A stretch of 64,000 nt of DNA, from contig JAKMXF010000365.1 in assembly GCA_024704765.1 (NCBI GenBank), forward strand, positions 62,001 to 126,000, given 5' to 3'. This document shows positions 60,401 to 64,000 of this stretch, piece after piece. The notes beneath the pieces are model-generated. The model had not been told where the DNA came from, searched no databases, and saw only the letters and a program-made list of their open reading frames with translations. The position numbers were made by a program, and so were the translations under genes. The DNA is from Oopsacas minuta. Its lineage: Eukaryota; Animalia; Porifera. How positions within the stretch are numbered: position 1 is the stretch's first letter; every line of letters starts with the position of its first letter.

Positions 60401-63400
60401 GTAGTGTTTTACATTGTAAAAGCCTTCAATCTGATTGGTCCGTAACCATGGCTGATAGTATATAAGTATTTGTGATAGAATTAATATATACACATTTTTG
60501 AATAGGAACATGGATAATGGTACTGGAACTATAGCTACTTTTAACCATATATAAATTTAACCAAGAGGCTCATATGTGGGAAATTGACCAAAGAATCGAT
60601 TTTTACATATGGAACTATACCAAATCTATACCAATTAACACATCATGTGGGCCACCTCAGATAGACTGCGATACATATTTTGAGGCCCTGTATACACCAA
60701 AGGCCTATTACATACCGAGTGCACAATTTGCATTTTTCCTCTGTTGAGATTCTGAACTTAAAATATTAATTCTTCTGTTAGCAGAACCAAACTGTTCCAG
60801 ACATTGCTTTATGAGGGCCCGCTCCTTAGTGTTTATTGATATAGCTTCCTGTTTTATGAGGCGGGATTCATCTATCAGCTGTTGATTCTCTTGTTCAAGA
60901 CCCAATCGATAATTAGTCGCAGTTCTATAATATAATAAATTCTATCACAGTCTCTTCTCATTAAATCCAACACGGATAAATCGGAATACCCGCTTATATC
61001 GAAGTGTGAAATTGTACAAATATGTTCTCAAACTGTCCAAGTAACACATATTCCATCGGTAATATCTAAGCTCAAGGGACCGTGATAATTACTTCGATAT
61101 TACCGATGGAATTTATGTTACTTGGACGGTTTGAGACCATATTTGTACAATTTCACACTTCGATATAAGCGGGTATTCCGATATTTCCGTGTTAGATAAA
61201 ACAAGAGTTGATTGTGTATACATATCAACCTTGCACTAAGAAATGTAATTAGGAAGGGTACAATTTTGAGGTGTGAACGCGCACCTTGAGTATGAAAATA
61301 ATATAATCCATAAAGAAAGATAACCAATATCTCAGCCAATCAGATTTCAGGGTTTACAATGCAAATTAGTAACCAAATTGGTTGCTTGGAATGTGATGGA
61401 ATAATCAATTAGCTAAGTGGCTTAATTAACAGACATCGACACAATAAACTTATCGAATTATGGAATAACTTCTGGGATTAGATTGTGTCACAAGAACAGA
61501 GTTCATGGAAGTGAGAATACGACACAAACCACTGAGAATAATTCTATTTTAATAATTGTGTCAGTTCAGCGGTTTTCTATTGAAAATATTCATTCAATAG
61601 AAACTATAAATTCTGTTATATTTGAAACAAATAATATTCACAAATTCACACCAAACAACTAACAAATAATTGACCAAATCATGGCGACACAATTCCCAGA
61701 AACCATCGGAGTGTCACATCTGCCTGAACCACTTCCAGTGCCACATATCGACCCAATAGCCTTAGAAATTAACCAGTCAATCGACAAGTTAATATTCCTC
61801 CTAAATCAGAGACGGGTCCATCTCTTAGCCACATTAAAAGAAAAACGAGAATCAATCATAGCTAATCTGGTGACTCCTGAACAGATGAAGCAACAGCTGG
61901 ATGAGACCCGAGCTCTTATGGAAGGTCGAATGACTCATAATATGCTTCATTCCGTCCAAGAGAGAATAGTCGAAGAGATGGAGGCTAAAATGAAAGAACT
62001 CCACCACAATGCACCACCACCTCGAGAACTGAGGTTCTTGTGTGATACACAAGACCTCGAGGAAAGCATCGCTTGTCTGGGAGAAATAACCCAACATGAG
62101 ATATCTCCTATCCCTCCTCCTATGCTTGAAATCCCAGATTATGCTACATTCCAAAAACCCATTGTTGCTGTTGGGAAATTTGGATCAGGACAGGGAGAGC
62201 TCAAATACCCAGCTGGTATTTCCATCGAGACAGAATCTGGACACATTTATGTGGCAGATGGTGGCAACGAAAGAATCCAAATATTCTCTCAGACAGGAGA
62301 CTATCTAAACGAATTCAGAGATCAACACCTGGAGAGTCCATGGGGTATCCTAATACATGAGGACAACATTTATGTCACAGACATAGGACATCACGCTATC
62401 TTCCTATTCAAGCTACCAGACCTAACTATGATAAAGCGAGTAGGTAAGAGAGGATCTGGTAGTAAACAGTTCAATAATCCTGGACAACCCGCCATCTCTC
62501 TTAACCATCACCTTTATGTACCAGATTGTAACAACAACAGACTACAAATACTAACAACTAATCTGGTATTTAAAGACACGCTAGAACACAAAACCATGAG
62601 CGAACCTGAGGATGTTAAATTCACAAAAAATGAAATATTTGTGTTGAGTAGAAGTGACAATCCGTGTATACACGTGTATACTCTCTCAGGAGAGAAGTCC
62701 CGCTCCTTAGTTACTGGAGGAGGAATAGGAATGAAATTTCAAGGAGCATACTTCTTCTGTTTGGATAGACACAATAACATTGTCATTAGCGACTGCTCTG
62801 CTAACCAAATCAAAGTATTCTCACCAGAAGGAGACCTCCTACACAGGATAGGACAGGAAGGACACAAAGCTGGAATGTTGTTCTCCCCTAGAGGCATAGC
62901 AATACATAACACAAAACTTATTTTTGTATCTAATAACAGAAATTTTCGTTTACAAATATTTTCTTCATAATTCCTGTGCTTAATATTAATAATATTTCTT
63001 AATTAAATTATCCTATAATTAGTTACCTCTAAAATAAGTAGAATAGTAGACCAATGATACCATCCCTCCCTGAGGGGTGTAGCCAAATACCAACGAGGTA
63101 ATCATGGAAACTGGGACATAACACCTCACAGAAGCACGTTAGGGAGTTGGTGAATATATTAATGTATAGAATGCTATGATTCATGGTATGTAGTATGTCA
63201 AAGGTGTTATAATATGAATAATCACAAACTTTTGAAGTTCCACAAGTTGTTTCTCTCTAGCATTATTCCAGTCTAACAGTTGATTGGTCTCATCGTACTC
63301 TTTTATCACTAGTTCCAATTGTTCACGCATTAATGTTAATTCGTGCTCCAACTGATTAGCTCTAATCTCATAGTCAATTTTGTTGTCATGTTCTTGAGAG

Positions 63401-63812
63401 AGACTCTTGTCTAAAGATTGGTTCCTGTTCATTAGTTCTGATACCAGTTGTTTTACTTGTTGATATTCTTCTGTTGATTGTACTAGTTCTACTATGCTGT
63501 CCTATTGGGAAGATAAACAAGTAAACAAGTAAACAAACAAACAAACAAACAAACAAACAAACCAACAAACCAACCAAACAAACAAACAAACAAAACAAAC
63601 AAACAAACAACCTCTACATGACTCATATCGGTCCCCGATTCAATTACTCGAATTCTAACAGATTCTAAAAATTCCATAAAGCTAGATTCCATCTGTTCAC
63701 AGGTGTCAAGTGATTGTCCCTGGCAGTCCACAAGTTTAGAGAGAGAGGTAGAGGTGTGAAGTGGACTGTACTCCAAAACCTCTTCATCCATGGGGAAAGT
63801 TTGTTTGCTCAT
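57431..63812 (-). CDS. Multi-exon coiled-coil protein, family unassigned; exons about 63812-63613, 63510-63230, 60924-60716, 60296-60100, 59800-59540, probable last exon 57484-57431
   Basis: In-frame GT-AG joins (ELQK|TATNY, CALG/E-DKVQEL, RESQ|LHDL) and heptad-rich sequence. The last exon NDIEMAPTRAFMKPLSP* is tentative; the alternative is a stop at 59501. Confidence 0.6.
57615..59372. repeat. About 1.75-kb inverted segmental duplicate of ~37735-39495 (NHL gene plus ~500 bp upstream)
   Basis: Homology begins at TTGTCCAATAGAATTACAG in both copies and ends in the (TTTG)n tract just after the stop codon. Confidence 0.9.
58127..59356 (+). CDS. Coiled-coil + NHL-repeat protein 2 (close paralog of protein 1), intronless
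   Basis: 409 aa, near-identical N-terminus [14 protein letters not shown]; NHL repeats. Confidence 0.9.
   Translation: MAEHYPIAPQIVDPIETHINYTIDGLIGLLNVRRAQLLELVRNIREDKRATEIARQQMTAQLTEAQALLQGALRENPLQSMQGRMVWEMEDKLRDLRNNVPVETQLKWKCDTRDLETSISCLGEIVQVPVAMPEYEKFQTSTVATGKIGRGPGELTGPFGVAIHEDTHQIFVANSHNNRVEIFSDTGEYLNQLGVGQMLYPWGIAIHRENVYVSCWGDSTVIQFTLTDMSLVRKIGGEGSNNGQFNCPCQLTTDLIGHVFIADINNHRISVHDTDLNHLRNITHQSMTKPFDVKVSRDRVYVLCPSNNPCMHVLTLEGDKLHSLITCGQRMDVLRPFFFCLDPLNNFVISDYRSHSIRVFSPEGNLLHTIGTEGHQQGMLYKPQGVAITPNGRLVSVSDNKNYGLQIYY
60969..61193. mobile_element. Palindromic MITE, about 225 bp, arms about 90 bp
   Basis: AACACGG..TCGGAATACCCGCTTATATCGAAGTGTGAAATTGTACAAATATG.. mirrored at the right end. 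Confidence 0.85.
61681..62970 (+). CDS. Coiled-coil + NHL-repeat protein 3 (more divergent), intronless, inside intron 60925-63229 of the coiled-coil gene
   Basis: 429 aa; YPAGISI, SPWGILI, FNNPGQP, EPEDVKF, SPRGIAI NHL repeats. Confidence 0.9.
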   Translation: MATQFPETIGVSHLPEPLPVPHIDPIALEINQSIDKLIFLLNQRRVHLLATLKEKRESIIANLVTPEQMKQQLDETRALMEGRMTHNMLHSVQERIVEEMEAKMKELHHNAPPPRELRFLCDTQDLEESIACLGEITQHEISPIPPPMLEIPDYATFQKPIVAVGKFGSGQGELKYPAGISIETESGHIYVADGGNERIQIFSQTGDYLNEFRDQHLESPWGILIHEDNIYVTDIGHHAIFLFKLPDLTMIKRVGKRGSGSKQFNNPGQPAISLNHHLYVPDCNNNRLQILTTNLVFKDTLEHKTMSEPEDVKFTKNEIFVLSRSDNPCIHVYTLSGEKSRSLVTGGGIGMKFQGAYFFCLDRHNNIVISDCSANQIKVFSPEGDLLHRIGQEGHKAGMLFSPRGIAIHNTKLIFVSNNRNFRLQIFSS

Positions 63813-64000
63813 AGTTGACTAACCATCTATGATTAGTTCAAATAGGTGATAGTTCCATATTCCATATATAATAGAAGTAATTGGAACTATACAATTGTAA
63901 TTAATAAATAATAACAAAAAAATGTGAAAATATGTAAATGAATAATCTATAAAGTGAATATTAGCCTGTTACCAATTCTCTTCGGTTGTGACACATATTG

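Overview
AT-rich, intron-containing eukaryotic (metazoan) genomic DNA with compact genes, short GT-AG introns and abundant (AAAC)n/(CAA)n microsatellites. The gene content (LITAF array, intronless coiled-coil+NHL genes, SPMIP4) resembles a compact sponge genome such as a hexactinellid; this is an inference, not a database result. Recognisable genes: divergent CNC/Maf-like bZIP, DAZAP2, a PX-BAR sorting nexin, RPRD1A/B, NACA, SPMIP4/C7orf31, YME1L1, LCMT1, a Rab, FAM32A, a divergent beta-tubulin plus an inverted pseudogene, a PP2C-like (CG9801-type) protein, a truncated DUS1L, and a coiled-coil gene. The main structural feature is YME1L1 (14388-39973). Its AAA domain is split in frame (KPCV|VFIDELD) by a 20,155-bp intron holding 14 nested ORFs: a tail-to-tail inverted DRAM/TMEM150 pair, LCMT1, nine LITAF-domain genes and two paralogous microproteins sharing a GPDDVFED motif. 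This looks like a nested endolysosomal/membrane-defence gene island. Three intronless coiled-coil+NHL genes sit antisense inside host introns (two clearly, one probably). hAT- and Tc1/mariner-type MITEs and foldback elements are scattered throughout. No tRNA, rRNA or CRISPR array was recognised. Exon boundaries were read by eye and may be off by a few bases.
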